Positions 38,060 through 50,075 of a stretch of 64,000 bases of DNA are shown here, piece by piece (the first letter of the stretch is position 1; the number at the start of each line of letters is the position of its first letter). The stretch is from Octopus bimaculoides (taxonomy: Eukaryota): positions 27,778,107 through 27,842,106 of the forward strand of contig NC_068996.1 in assembly GCF_001194135.2 (NCBI RefSeq). Reading direction: 5' to 3'. The notes under the pieces were generated by a model. That model had not been told where the DNA came from. It was given only the letters and a program-made list of their open reading frames with translations, and made no database searches. Both the position numbers and the translations under genes were made by a program.

Positions 38060-39059
38060 TACAAGTCATTAAAATTCAGTTGACTCTCAAGCCTTTCATC
38101 AACTTTAACCTGTTACATATCTTAATTCAGGTTTTAACCTTGGCATCACACTTTCTTCAAATCCTCGAGTGATGAAAAGTTATGTCAGTCATACCAGGTT
38201 CAAAAATCGAGACAATAAGATATTATACTGCTTTTACTTGAGTATATTCTTAATACTGAAGAGTGATATTTTATGTAAGTCATCATTTAACATCCATTAA
38301 TGCTGGTTAGCTGATTAACCAGGAGCTGGTAAGCTATAAATCTGCATCAACCTCAAATGCCTGCTTTGGCATAATTTTCATGTCTCGGTGACCTTCCTAA
38401 TGCCACCGATTTTACAAAACATACTGGGTGTTTTTTTATTTTTTTTTATTTAAAAAACTTTTTATATGGGCACTAGTGAGGTTTCCAAATTACTTGGTAG
38501 ACAATATTCACCAACTGATGGAATGTACTACTGAGGCAGGTGGCTTTATGCCAGATGAAAAGAGGTCACAATGTGTGAAAAGACAGGAACAGGTATCTTG
38601 CTGTAGGGGAGACACTTGATTACCCTAGCTGGAAAAGAAAGATAATGGTTTTGATGTTAGGGCATTGCCTCAACTCACAGGAAGGTGACCATAAGACAAA
38701 TGATATGGGTGGGTAAGTAAGTTCATATGAGGAAGGTACCAGATGGTTAGAGATAAGACCTAAAAAAATGCAGTGAGTGATGAATAAGTGTAGAGGCATG
38801 TGTCGTTATATAAATGATGTGTTCTTTTTTGTTTGTTACCTCACCAAAGCTTGACAACTGGTGTTAGTTTCTTTATGTCCCCATAACTTAGTGGTTTGGC
38901 CCAAGCATTACATATTCCCTGGAGGATTGTTTTGGTCATCCCTGATGAGCAGGTGATAGGCCCAAACCACCTCAGCTAGTGTTTCTTTACTGTGGTGAGA
39001 GGTTCCTTATCAAGCCATATTGCCTGACTTATTTTTCGTTTCACTTCCTAATTCATGAC

Positions 39060-39655
39060 ATGATCTCTGAATGATATTCGCAAACATCTGAAACATTTCT
39101 TCTGTAGCCTGGATTCTTCTTTTGATTTCTGCTGTCAGTGTCCAGGTCTCACAGGTGTACAAAAATATTGAGATCACTAGTGATCTCATTAGTTAAATTT
39201 TGGAGCTCAGTGAGATACTTCTGGCTTTCCAGTGTTCTGAATTTGATTATTGCTGCTGCTGTTTTGGCAATGTGAGATATCACTTCAGGCTTGGAACCTT
39301 GGTCACTCACTATCACTCCAAGATGTTTGAAGTTTTCAACTTGTTCAAGCTCAACTCCACTGACTCTTATGTTGGTACTGATTCTGTTTGGGCAGTGTGT
39401 CATAACTTTTATTTTCTCTGTGTTTATCTCCATGCCAAATTCATTGGAGGTCTTGACTAGGTGCTCTACTAGTTGTTTCAATTCTTGTTGTGAACCCGTC
39501 AGTCTGACAATATCATGTGTAAAGTGCAGGTTTGTTAGATGTCTGCTGCCAATGCTAATTGTACCACGTGATCTTCTAGTGCATCGATTATAATCCTCTC
39601 AAGGAAGATGTTGAACAAGTTCAGTGAGAGCAGGCAGCCTTGTCTTACACCGATT
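39060..39655 (-). mobile_element. RTE LINE RT fragment
   Basis: IGVRQGCLLSLNLFNIFL...VKTSNEFGMEINTEKIKVM...LEQVENFKHLGVIV. Confidence 0.85.
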
Positions 39656-39976
39656 GACTAAAACAAATAATGTAAGAGATAGTTGTGACTAATGTTTTTG
39701 TGATAGTTCTACACATTGTAGGGCATCACCACAGTGAATGGACACCTATCACATACAAGCACTGATATTGTCACTGAATATTTCAGTATTTTGTATTGAA
39801 AATGTTTTGATATTATATAATACATAGACATATACACGTGCATTTTAGTTCCAATGCTAATGGTATATAATATTTTGAAGTTATTCATAGTGATGTAACT
39901 TGTATAATATTTAACAAATCAGCCTTGTGGGTTATATATGTTAATGCATTTATTTAAAATATGGAAATAAAATTAG

Positions 39977-40218
39977 GACTGTGCAGAATGAGTATACTTC
40001 AATGCTTCTACAACCACTTCTATAAGATAATGTGTTTTGAAGACTTGTTGATCAGTTGCTGGTATTTCTTGCATTTTAGCAGCAGCAGCACCATCTCTGG
40101 GGTGCTGTATTCAATTGCAGGCCTCACTTGACTCTTGTAGAGTATCAGCAGTTATTTGGTACTGAAATATTTTCTGGCTGGAGTGAATCATTAGTGTTTT
40201 TGAAGCAGTCATCACTAT
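39977..40218 (-). mobile_element. CR1/L2-like LINE fragment, copy 2
   Basis: Colinear with 36810-37050 (GGCCTCACTTGACTCTTGTAGAG is shared). Confidence 0.7.
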
Positions 40219-41479
40219 GCTAAGGACATGCTTTTGACAGGCCACAACTTAGCTGATGGTGAGCCCCCAATATTTAGTGCATTAAATATGTTTATGTACT
40301 TAGTGTATGTTCATCACACACACACACACACAGAAAGTAATCAGAAATAATTAAATTATATTGATAAGTTTTAGAATTCAACTGTGTTACTCAAGCTTCT
40401 GTTATTTTTTAAATAGATCTTATTTGAAGATTAAAAATTGATTTTTAAATTTTAATATCTTGTCCTCTGCCTACCACTTTTTGTTTTGTTTTTACAAAAT
40501 TAAATCCTATTTTTCTTTCTCTTTCCTCCCTTTATTACTCTTCCTCTCTCTTGCTATCTCTCCTTCCCTGTCTACATACTCTCCTCCTGTCTTTCTTGAG
40601 GTGAAGAGAAAATGTTAAAGCTATTGTCAATTTAAAATCATAACCCTAAATTGGTTTTGACATTTAATAATTACCTTAGGATAATTAAAAAAAAATTTAT
40701 TCCTTATAATTTAGATACAAGGCCAGCAATTTTAGGAGGATGTTGTCGGTTGATTACATTGACCACAGTGCTTAACATGTATGTTATTTTATTGACCCTG
40801 AAGGGATGAAAGGCAAAGTTGATCTCAGGATTTTGCCTTTCATTTTTTCAGGGCTGATAAAATAAAGTACCTGTCAAGCTCTGGAGTCAGTGGTATGAAT
40901 AATTCCCTTATCTTCAATTTCAGGCTTTGTGCCTGTGCTTGAAACCAGAAAAAGTGCTTTGTGAAGCATTACAACATCAGAAAAAGTTGCTTGTGGCGTT
41001 TGTTCCAAGTTATGTTCTGAGTTCAAAACTTGTCAAGACCAATTCAACCTTTCAACCTTTTGGGGGATGATAATATAAAAGTACATCAGGTTGATGATAT
41101 CAACTAAACCCTCCTTTCCCTTAAATTGTTGGCCTTGTACCTAAATGGAAAATTATTATTCATCTATTTAAAAAGCTGCATGATTTGGTACTTCTAGAAA
41201 TTGGGTTACTTTAGAGTTTTTGTTTTCAGTCCAACATAACTTTCTGTTGTAATTCTTTTAAGCTTCTTATTTTGTAATTTAGAAATTATTTTTTAATATA
41301 CTGAAAAAGAAAAAAAATAATTAGAAACTAACCTTCTTAATTTGGTTTTAATTCCTAATTTAACTATCAATTTTAGAATGTTGTAATGACTGAATTCTTT
41401 TACACTTTAATTATAGTTCTTTATCTTTAGTCCTTTCTTCAACTTTTATTTTGTTGGTTGGTTTTTTCTTTGGTGTTAT

Positions 41480-41517
<38 letters not shown>

Positions 41518-42556
41518 CATAAATTTTTTTACTTATTAACATTTTTTTATTTGTATTTTTCTTTATAATTTTCCTTGGGCGTGTGCATGCATATACACAT
41601 GTACATATACACAGTGGAACACATGCATACAGACATAATTTAAAGACTAACTGATGTATATGATTTTTATTTTCTTCCTTCTGAAAGTTGTCAGTATATT
41701 TGTGTTTGCACTTTTGTGTGTTGTGAATATTAACTTAATGTTTTCATTTGATAGTAAGAAAAAAATTTAAGACATTTAGCGAAAGATTTGCATGTTTAAT
41801 ATAACAGGATATTACTTCAGCATAATTATCAATAATCTACAGAAATGAATTGTATATGTTCAAAAGTTACATATTTATTAGTTCTTGTTAAAGAAGTCTT
41901 AGGAATAATCTTGTAGAATATTGCAGAATGCAAGCATATTGAATTCTTTATTCAACTATCTACACTGCTGTGAAATTTCTTGTCTGTTACTACAGGTCTA
42001 TCCTGCCTTTGTACCTGCAGGGGGAAATTTCCTTTAAGAATAGTAACAAAAAAGAAACAAATCAATGTTTTGATGAAAAATATTAGGTGGGTGGGCAATA
42101 TGTTACAATATTATGTGGGTTTTGTAGAAATTGTAACAACTTTCTGGCAATTGGTTGTACTGTCTTTTCAGTTATCAAAGCAATGAGTAAAAAAATAAAT
42201 AAATTTCAGTCTTCTAAGTCATTATGATACCAGATCTACTGATATGAAACAATGAGCTATAACTAATGTCTGTGTGGCTGTACTTTTTCTCCATTTTATA
42301 TATATATATATATATATTAATTGAAATTTCATAGTAGTTTATATGACCAGCCTCTAGGTGAAGCCTGAGAAAGTAATTTTTTGTTATAATATACCTGTTA
42401 CCCTCTACACCTAGTATTAATTTTTATATCACATGTTTGTGTCCTATCATATATTAGTAAAGTATATGACAAAAGTCATGGCCATTTACCCTTCCTCCAA
42501 GACTCAACAGGTTTTTTAAAAATTGTAAATATATAAAAAAAATATCTTTTCTCTCT

Positions 42557-43662
42557 AAAAATGAGATTAATTAAGTTTAGGAAATAATATTTATTATTCT
42601 TTAGTTTCTGTATTTCTTTTATTATGAAGTATTACATTATCTGTTTCTTATGAATACACCTTGATAAAATTAATGTTTTGAGCAAGTTATTTTTCATATT
42701 CTAAAAAAAAAAAACATTCAGGCATTTATCATTCAGACTGCAACTGAAAATTTCAAATCAATGAATGAAGAATTCTTTCATTCAGCTAAAAAAACTTTTA
42801 AGGCAGTGCTGCATTATGGCCATAGTTTGTCTGAATCAAGTAAATGAAGGAAATGTTATGTGATATTATCATCTACAGACATTTTGAGCACTGGTATTAC
42901 TATTAAGTTTTCTATGTTAAATCATGCATTCAAATTAAATTGTAATGAAACAAGAAGGATGTCTTCATTGCAACAATAAAAAAGTATCAGTAATTACGAT
43001 TTACTTAAAATCTTAATTAGTGCTTTAATTTCTTGTGATTTTGGTGACAGTAGTTGTTTTGAGTAGTTCTATAATCAAAACGGTTCCAACTGTAACCATC
43101 TCACCTTTTTGTTTATAAAGGGCAACATTCTTTGAACTGGTCTAAAATTGTAGGGTTTAAAAAAATTTAAAAAAAAATTTAGCTGCTATTTCTTATAGCT
43201 TGAGCAATCAGTGAGTGGCTGTCTTGTCCTGTTGAAGTTGGATTCTTTAGAATAGTAAGCACATTCTGAAGTTTATGAAAATAAATTTCTCAGCTCACTT
43301 GCACATCCTCTTCATTCTGTTTAACCCATTTGTTGGCATATTTCTGTTGAGATAGACTGCCTTTGTTCCAATTAAATTTGAAAATAAATTAGTAAAATAA
43401 CTTTGTAATCATTAAGCTGTGTAAGTTAACATGAAATTTGGGTGGAAAGTTTTTAGATCACTTTAAAACAAATTTGTACCCCGGAAACAATTTCAGTTGG
43501 GTTGGTATTGAAAAGGTTAATTGGGTATGTTCTGTCCTTTGATTTAAATATAGTTAAATAATATTTAACCATGCAATTGAAAAGATTAGGTGAATGGTCA
43601 GTGTGTTTAGTTGTACATTTTCTGAGGGATTTCAACTTTGCTGTTGGACTGTTGCAGCTCTG
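42557..43662 (+). repeat. About 1.1-kb dispersed direct repeat, copy 2, abutting a Helitron Rep remnant
   Basis: Colinear with 37079-38059, plus an extra segment at about 43207-43330. Confidence 0.9.
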
Positions 43663-43664
43663 GT

Positions 43665-44140
43665 TAAAGTTGATGACAGGTTGCTCATATGATTCATGGT
43701 CTACATTGTAATGCAGATTCTGCATGCTGGAAGAATGGATCATGCTCCAAGAGACTTCCCAAAGAATACTTGCAAAGTACTCTCTGTGGAGAAAATTCTT
43801 ATCTTCATAGACGATGATCGGTTGCAATTGGAGTTGAATCGCATAAGAAAGGAAAAACAATCTACAACAAATGGGTTGTTGAGATTGTTGCCTCAGTGAG
43901 GTCAGTTAAGTATGTCATCAAGTACGTGCTGAAAGAAAATGACCAAGCTGCTGTTCAAATAAGCAATGATAACGAAATTAGACAATATCTAATGAGTAGG
44001 TATATTGGACCATCCGAAGCAGTTGCATCCATTTTAGGATTTTCAATTCCTGAAAGAGTACCTGCAATAGTGAAACTACAAGTTCATTTACCAGATGAAC
44101 AAAGAATATTGCTCAGAAATAATGAGAACTGTGTTATTTA
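43665..44140 (+). pseudogene. Helitron Rep C-terminal remnant
   Basis: RDFPK...YLHRR...NKWVVE..SVRSVKYVIKYVLKEND...NEIRQYLMSRYIGPSEAVASILGF...VKLQVHLPDEQ matches Helitron Rep SIKYLFKY/EIxxYLxxRY/LxVHLP. Confidence 0.9.
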
Positions 44141-44144
44141 AGAA

Positions 44145-45456
44145 TTTTGTTGCATGAAGTTTGTGGACCTGAACGTTTTGTTGCATTACAAACATACAAC
44201 AGCACAATCCTCCTTACTTTAAGGAAGCATGTAGAGACGGGACTTCTTGAAATCTGTATCAAAAAGGAGAGGTTATTAGATTTGATTTTTAGATTGATTG
44301 ACCAATTACTGCTGGAATAATCAACTACCTTGAAGAATATGATTGAATTTGTTTTGATGATTCATTATTCTACAGGTGTAATATTTCTTGATTGTCAATC
44401 GCTTATTGTTTGTCATATTCAAGGTGATGTTCCACCCATTGTTACCTTCAGGAAAAAAGAGAATGTACTGCAATGGGTCATACAAACAATGAGTTTCCGA
44501 GATTATAGTTAGTTCATGTCCTCTTTCTTTGAAGACGATATGCCTAGAGGATGCATCTTGATTTATATTGGGTAAAATAACTAACTTCATTTGCATTTGG
44601 TACATTCTAATGCCACTCATGCTCTTCAGTTGGCCTCCTGCTCTCACGAATAATAAGTGTAGCTTATGGTATATTTCTGAATACATTTTGAATGAAGCAA
44701 TATATGGATTTCTCTCTCTCAAAAGTGCTTCAATTTGTTCTATGATTCTTCTTTCTAGCCCTGCTTCTTTGTTCAAAATTCTTTTGTTGTACTGAGTCTT
44801 TTGGGTCCAAGAAGTATAGTTGAACAAATTTGGTTTTAGTGGACTCAGGAAATGGTAAATTTGTCCATGAATTTTGACTGAGGGATTGTTATTTTCAGGT
44901 TGCTGATTCTCTTTGCAATTAAAAGATGTCCTTTGGAAAATGCTATTGTACTGCCTAGCATATTTTCTGAAATTTTTCCCCACATCTGTCTGACCTTCAA
45001 ATAATTCCCTCATTACTGGTGGTAAGTCAAGTAGTGGTGCTAAATTGACTTTTCCATTTATACAGTAAAAGTTGGCAGTTTCTCCCAGAAATTTGAAAGC
45101 TCTACAGGGGAATATTTGATTAATTTCTCCAAGAGAGACATCAATATCTTGATGGTTGCAGTGATGACAATTTTGCTTTCAAAGTCATTGAAGTTGTCTG
45201 TTCTTCATTTTCATTTAAATGAACTTCTTGTCTCATTTGAGCTTGCTTTAGTCTTTCAGCCCTTTGATTATAATTTTCGTTTAAACATCAGATTTGTTGT
45301 CTTTTCAATCTACATTGTCTCTGTTCTTCTGTTTCAAGTCTTAATCGCTCTCTTTTGATTCAGACATCTTTCTCTGATTAGTTGACACCCCTCCCTTTCT
45401 CAGATTCTTTTGGCTTTGGGTATTGGATGGCTCAAACCAGGCCTTTTTGGTGGCAT
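44145..45456 (-). pseudogene. Helitron Rep/Hel N-terminal remnant
   Basis: MPPKR...ETEEQRQCRL...GKVNLAPL...FRKYARQYNS...KIHGQIYH...NPYIASF...ISETHCLYDPLQYILFFPEGNNGW...FNHILQGS, with frameshifts and stops. Confidence 0.92.
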
Positions 45457-46688
45457 CTGGGAAAAATATTCTTATGAATTCTTATAAAAAATCTCATGAA
45501 AATATAGGGAGAATTTCTATCTTTCAATCCATCGCACTCCAAAAGTTGTATAAATGATTTGTTGAAGGAAAAAAAAAAAGGCTGGACAGCAGTAGCTGTG
45601 ACAACTCTTTGAAGTGTTGCTGCCACTATTCAACAGTTTCAACTTTTTTTTTCCCCCATAAAATGGGAAATGACTGTTTTCTTTNNNNNNNNNNNNNNNN
45701 NNNNNNNNNNNNNNNNNNNNNNNNNNNNNNNNNNNNNNNNNNNNNNNNNNNNNNNNNNNNNNNNNNNNNNNNNNNNNNNNNNNNNNNNNNNNNNNNNNNN
45801 NNNNNNNNNNNNNNNNNNNNNNNNNAAATAGTAATCATATTAAACTGCATTATTCCATGGGTTCTATGCAGTCTGAATAGAGCTATACATAATTGCCTTG
45901 TATCCCCCAGGCATTCTATAAAAATTGCATGTCTGTGATTTATATCTTGTCTTTTGCCTAAAGATGTGTTTGGTATGATTAAATGTATCTGATAAATTTT
46001 TTGCTATATTGTGGTTCACCTGGTTATTGTCTGATATTTATTGTCCAATCTGCATCACTTAAAAAAATACCAGGCATCTTTAAATTCTATAGAGAGAATA
46101 TGTGGATTTTCAATGAAATTGAAGTTTTTCAATAAAGTTTTAAAGTCATCATACTGTGGTTGTCATTCAAACTCTTTTAATTGTAATACCAAACTTTTTT
46201 CTGAGCAAAACATGTGTACACACACACACACACACACACACGTACGTACGTACGTACGTACGTACGTATGTTCAGACATACTCTACAGAGAATTATCTTT
46301 CTTACCCTGTGGCATGTTAAAATCAACTTTTCTATAAACCATTGTGTGCTTTGTGTCTATACACATAAAGGAGGACTATATATTCGTATTAAACTATTGT
46401 GTGGAAGGTTTAAAAATACATTATCAAGGATCTAAAATGTATTTATTGCAATAATAATTACATTATTTTCTTTTCTCTTTTACTGTTGTTTAATGAAATA
46501 TCTGAAAATGTTTTTGAATGCTTTTTTTTTGTTAAAATTGCTTTACATTTTATGCTTAACTGTTTGTCTTGAAAATAAAATGTAAAATCAAACAATATCT
46601 ATTTCAATTTGATTAACCATTGCTTTATTAATATAATTACACATGTATCATTCTTTATTTTCTTTTTCTTTTTACCTGCTATCTTCAG

Positions 46689-46706
46689 TGAGCGACAACT
46701 TTTTCG
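46689..46706 (+). CDS. MAPK8IP3: 18-nt microexon (VSDNFF) immediately before the LZII exon
   Basis: tttttacctgctatcttcag|TGAGCGACAACTTTTTCG|GTAAGA; phase 1-1; 258-nt AG-free zone; gives VSDNFF-GMGKE, compared with vertebrate JIP3 VRDDFF-GMGKE (recalled). Confidence 0.88.
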
Positions 46707-47811
46707 GTAAGATTACTGTCCTCAGCCCATCTCTCTTTAAGTTGTTGCTTTGCAGCATTCAAGCACTGTTGAAGAGGCTTTAAATATTGTCCTTTTTTAA
46801 ATTTTTTTATTATTATTGTTAAATAGATCTCATGATATGGTTTATAATATAGCATTATATAATATCCATAAGGAAAGAAAAAAATTATGCAACAAGGCTT
46901 GACAAGGATTGTCTTTTGTGTTCTTCCATGTCTTGCTACATTTCCTTGGATGTCTGTGTTTTTTGTGCACGTGTGCACATGCGTGCACACGTTTGCTTGC
47001 TTTTGTATTTGTACTGTTTTCGTTTTGTTTTATGTCCTTGTAAATATCTGTACCATTTGTGTGTGAATTCTTGATGAATCAGTATTCTTTATTTGTACTG
47101 TTCTGTTGGTCATTGTCATTTTATGTTTGACATTCTCAGGATATTAAAACTGTTATGTTGTATATGAATCAACATATTTTGTAACTTCGATGTTCTTACA
47201 TTAAAAAGTGTCAACATTATTTGTCAAGTGTTCAAATTGATTTCTTGTAACATAGCATGTTGTTGGCATTTTTATGTCTGATTTGTTCAATGTTGTAAAC
47301 TGCTTTCTGTCAGTCTTTGTTGTTGTGTATGTGTGGTCTTGTTGATGTTATTCTTCCAGTAAGTCCCAGTAACCTACTGGGTCTAGTCAATCAACTAGAA
47401 TTCTTCTCTGCAAACACATGGTCCTGTTTCTGTAGAGTAAATCATTACTGCAATCATTTTACCTTGAGTATTAGGATTTAGCCCTGCAAGCTCAATGCAT
47501 TTTTCACTGCAAATAGCATTGATTTTTGTACTTTCTCCTGATACATATTTAACTCAGACATTGTATTTTTAGTAGCATTTCTAATAGACACCCATCCAAC
47601 GCATCAAGTAGGCAACTAAATAGCTGAGTTGCTAAAATGAGTGGTTGAAATCTTTTGAGCTAAATTAATTTACACATTTAAGATTGTAAAATTTTCAATC
47701 CTGTACTTCACTATATAGTATATTTTGAAAATTTACACTAAATCACAGCATCAAAAAGTGGTTTTAAAAAACAATGTCATATTGAAAATATAAAATATCT
47801 AGAAGCAAATA

Positions 47812-48651
47812 TATCTGGACTGTTGTCATAGTAGCGAAGCTAAAGCACGCATACTGAAGCTGCTAAGCAAAGATTGACCTTGAAATCTACAGTGCATGCA
47901 CACTAAGTTATAACATTCTAGCTCACTTCTGCCGTTTCCAGCAGTACTTGGAAGGAATGTGTGTAGCGCATGATTGTCACATTGACCATGACAGTGAAAG
48001 TTGAGCAGAGAATCGACATCAAATTTTGCTAAAAGCTTGGCAATACCTGCTCAGAGGCCTATGCAAAGTTTTCAAAAAGTTTTCCTCGTTCTCAAGGCAA
48101 TCAAGGTCTTGTGCAACTGAAACCCATGTCTTTTTTGTCAGCTGAAAGCAGTTTTGTCAGCTGAAAGCAGTTTTGTCACAAACTTGGCAGACATGTATCT
48201 TATATACAAATCTTCAGTGATAATGTACTGAACTAAACTGTAACTAATCTGCACATCCTCTGATAACTCAAGGATGGTGATTTGATGATTCCCCCCTCCT
48301 CACAGCTGCATGAACACCTGCAATGTTTTTCTCAGCCATCTTGGAAACATCTGAACCACTCATACACTTGTGTGCAATTCATTCACTCCTCTCCATACAC
48401 TTTCTGTAACTGCGTAGGCCTCTGAGCAGGTATTGCCATAACAACTTTCCCTATCATGGTCAATGTGATGATCACGTTACACACATTCCTTCCAAGTACT
48501 GCTGGAAACAGCGGAAGTGAGCTAGAATGTTATAACTTAGTAAGCATGCACTGTAGATTTCAAGGTCAATCTTTGCCTAGCAGCTTCACTCTGTGTGCTT
48601 TAGCTTCGTTATTATGACAAGTCTGAATACTTATTGATCAGACCTTGTGTA
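47812..48651. mobile_element. Fold-back element made of two inverted mariner 5' ends
   Basis: About 47820-48070 is the reverse complement of about 48400-48620. The arms encode the transposase N-terminus (KVEQRIDIKF..KLGNTCSEAY...VYEWFR). TIR-like end at 48620-48651. Confidence 0.85.
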
Positions 48652-48675
48652 TGTAATGTATCTATATCTCTGTGC

Positions 48676-48726
<51 letters not shown>

Positions 48727-48741
48727 TACATACATATACAT

Positions 48742-48774
<33 letters not shown>

Positions 48775-49125
48775 GGTGCAAGCATGGCTGTATGGGAAGA
48801 AGCTTGCTTCCCAACCACATGGTTCCAGGTTGGTTCAGTCCCACTGCATGGCATCTTGGGAAAATGTCTACTACTATAGCCTTGGGTTGACCAAAGCCTT
48901 GTGAGTGGGTTTGGTATATGGAAGCTGAAAGAAGCCTGTTGTATATATCTGTATTTGTCCCTTCCATCACTGCTTGGCAACCGGTGTTGGTGTGTTTATG
49001 TCCCCGTAACTTAGCGGTTCAACAAAAGAGACCAGTAGAATAGATCCTGGGATTAATTTTTGACTAAAAATCTTCAAGCTAGTGCTCTAGCATGGCTGTA
49101 GTAAAATGACAAACAATAAAAGAAT
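48775..49125 (+). mobile_element. Full-length tRNA-derived SINE
   Basis: GGTGCAAGCATGGCTGTATGG...GGTTCAGTCCC head; body shared with other copies; A-rich tail. Confidence 0.85.
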
Positions 49126-49194
49126 AGGAAAACGTATGATAAACACAAGATGAAATTTATATCATTTGTTCCCAACATGTTTCACCATTGTGGT

Positions 49195-50075
49195 TAATTG
49201 CAACCTCTGCAGTGGATGTTTCTAGTGCAAGAGAAAGATAATGTCATTATTATCACTGAGGCAATCTCTAAGAGGGTGACATGCATACTCGGTGCTTTTC
49301 CTCTTGGAACTGCTTGCAAGAGGAAGAGCATCAGGTATGCATCAAAGTGTAATCTCCCAGTCATCCTACACAAGTCCACAATCTTGGTCTCCAGGCACTC
49401 TGTTATAGCTTTTGAGGGGTTTGCGGAGCCAAGAATGCAGACAGTGTTCCTTGATGTCAGCCAAGCCTCTGCCAAGATGGGATGAATGCTGAATATGGTG
49501 TCTTGGAATTCAGTTTCACCATAGCTCATGTTTATCACCTCTGACTTGGATGGATTGATTTCAAGCCCAAGAAGCTTTAGGATTGAGTATAGACTCAGCT
49601 GAGTCACCTAGGGTCACATCATCCAAGTTATGAGACATTGAAAGGTGAGAGGACTGATTGGGTAACACCATTGACACCCAATGCAAAAAGATACGGACCA
49701 AGAGGATCACCCTGCTGGACACCTGGTAAAGAAACAACCCTGTTAGCAGCATCCATGAGTGTGCTGGAGTTCCATAGGTGATGTATGCTGTATGTAATGT
49801 TTGGCCACATGGTCAGCAGCCTCACATCCACATTTGACTTTGAACCCCAGCTAGACAGGGCTTAGTGCTTCCCTCAGGTCACCCCTGACTGATCTACATG
49901 CTATCCCAACTCAAACCATCGAAAGATGTTGTCCCCTATTATTGGATGGATGCCTCTGCTCTTCTCCTTCAGCATATTCAGGTTGGCTGAGAAGAGATCT
50001 TGGGCATGACAGGGGAAGGTCTGCATGAAGAAGACTGTAAGTGCAGTGATAAATCAGAGCAAGTGTGCTCCCACC
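49195..50075 (-). mobile_element. CRE/SLACS-like non-LTR RT fragment
   Basis: KEKSRGIHPI..GD...GVQQGDPLGPYLFAL...YLDDVTLG...GLEINPSKSE...HFDAYLML; QQGDPLGP plus YLDD is typical of the CRE clade. Confidence 0.7.

Noticed and set aside
40433-40603. About 155-nt AG-free pyrimidine tract ending GAG|GTGAAG
   Set aside because: GAG acceptors are rare and no frame-preserving donor follows.
41996-42090. Two good acceptors (41995, 42020)
   Set aside because: The available donors are very weak or out of phase, or an in-frame stop intervenes.
48775-48845. tRNA genes
   Set aside because: A/B-box-like heads continue into SINE bodies and do not form a complete cloverleaf.
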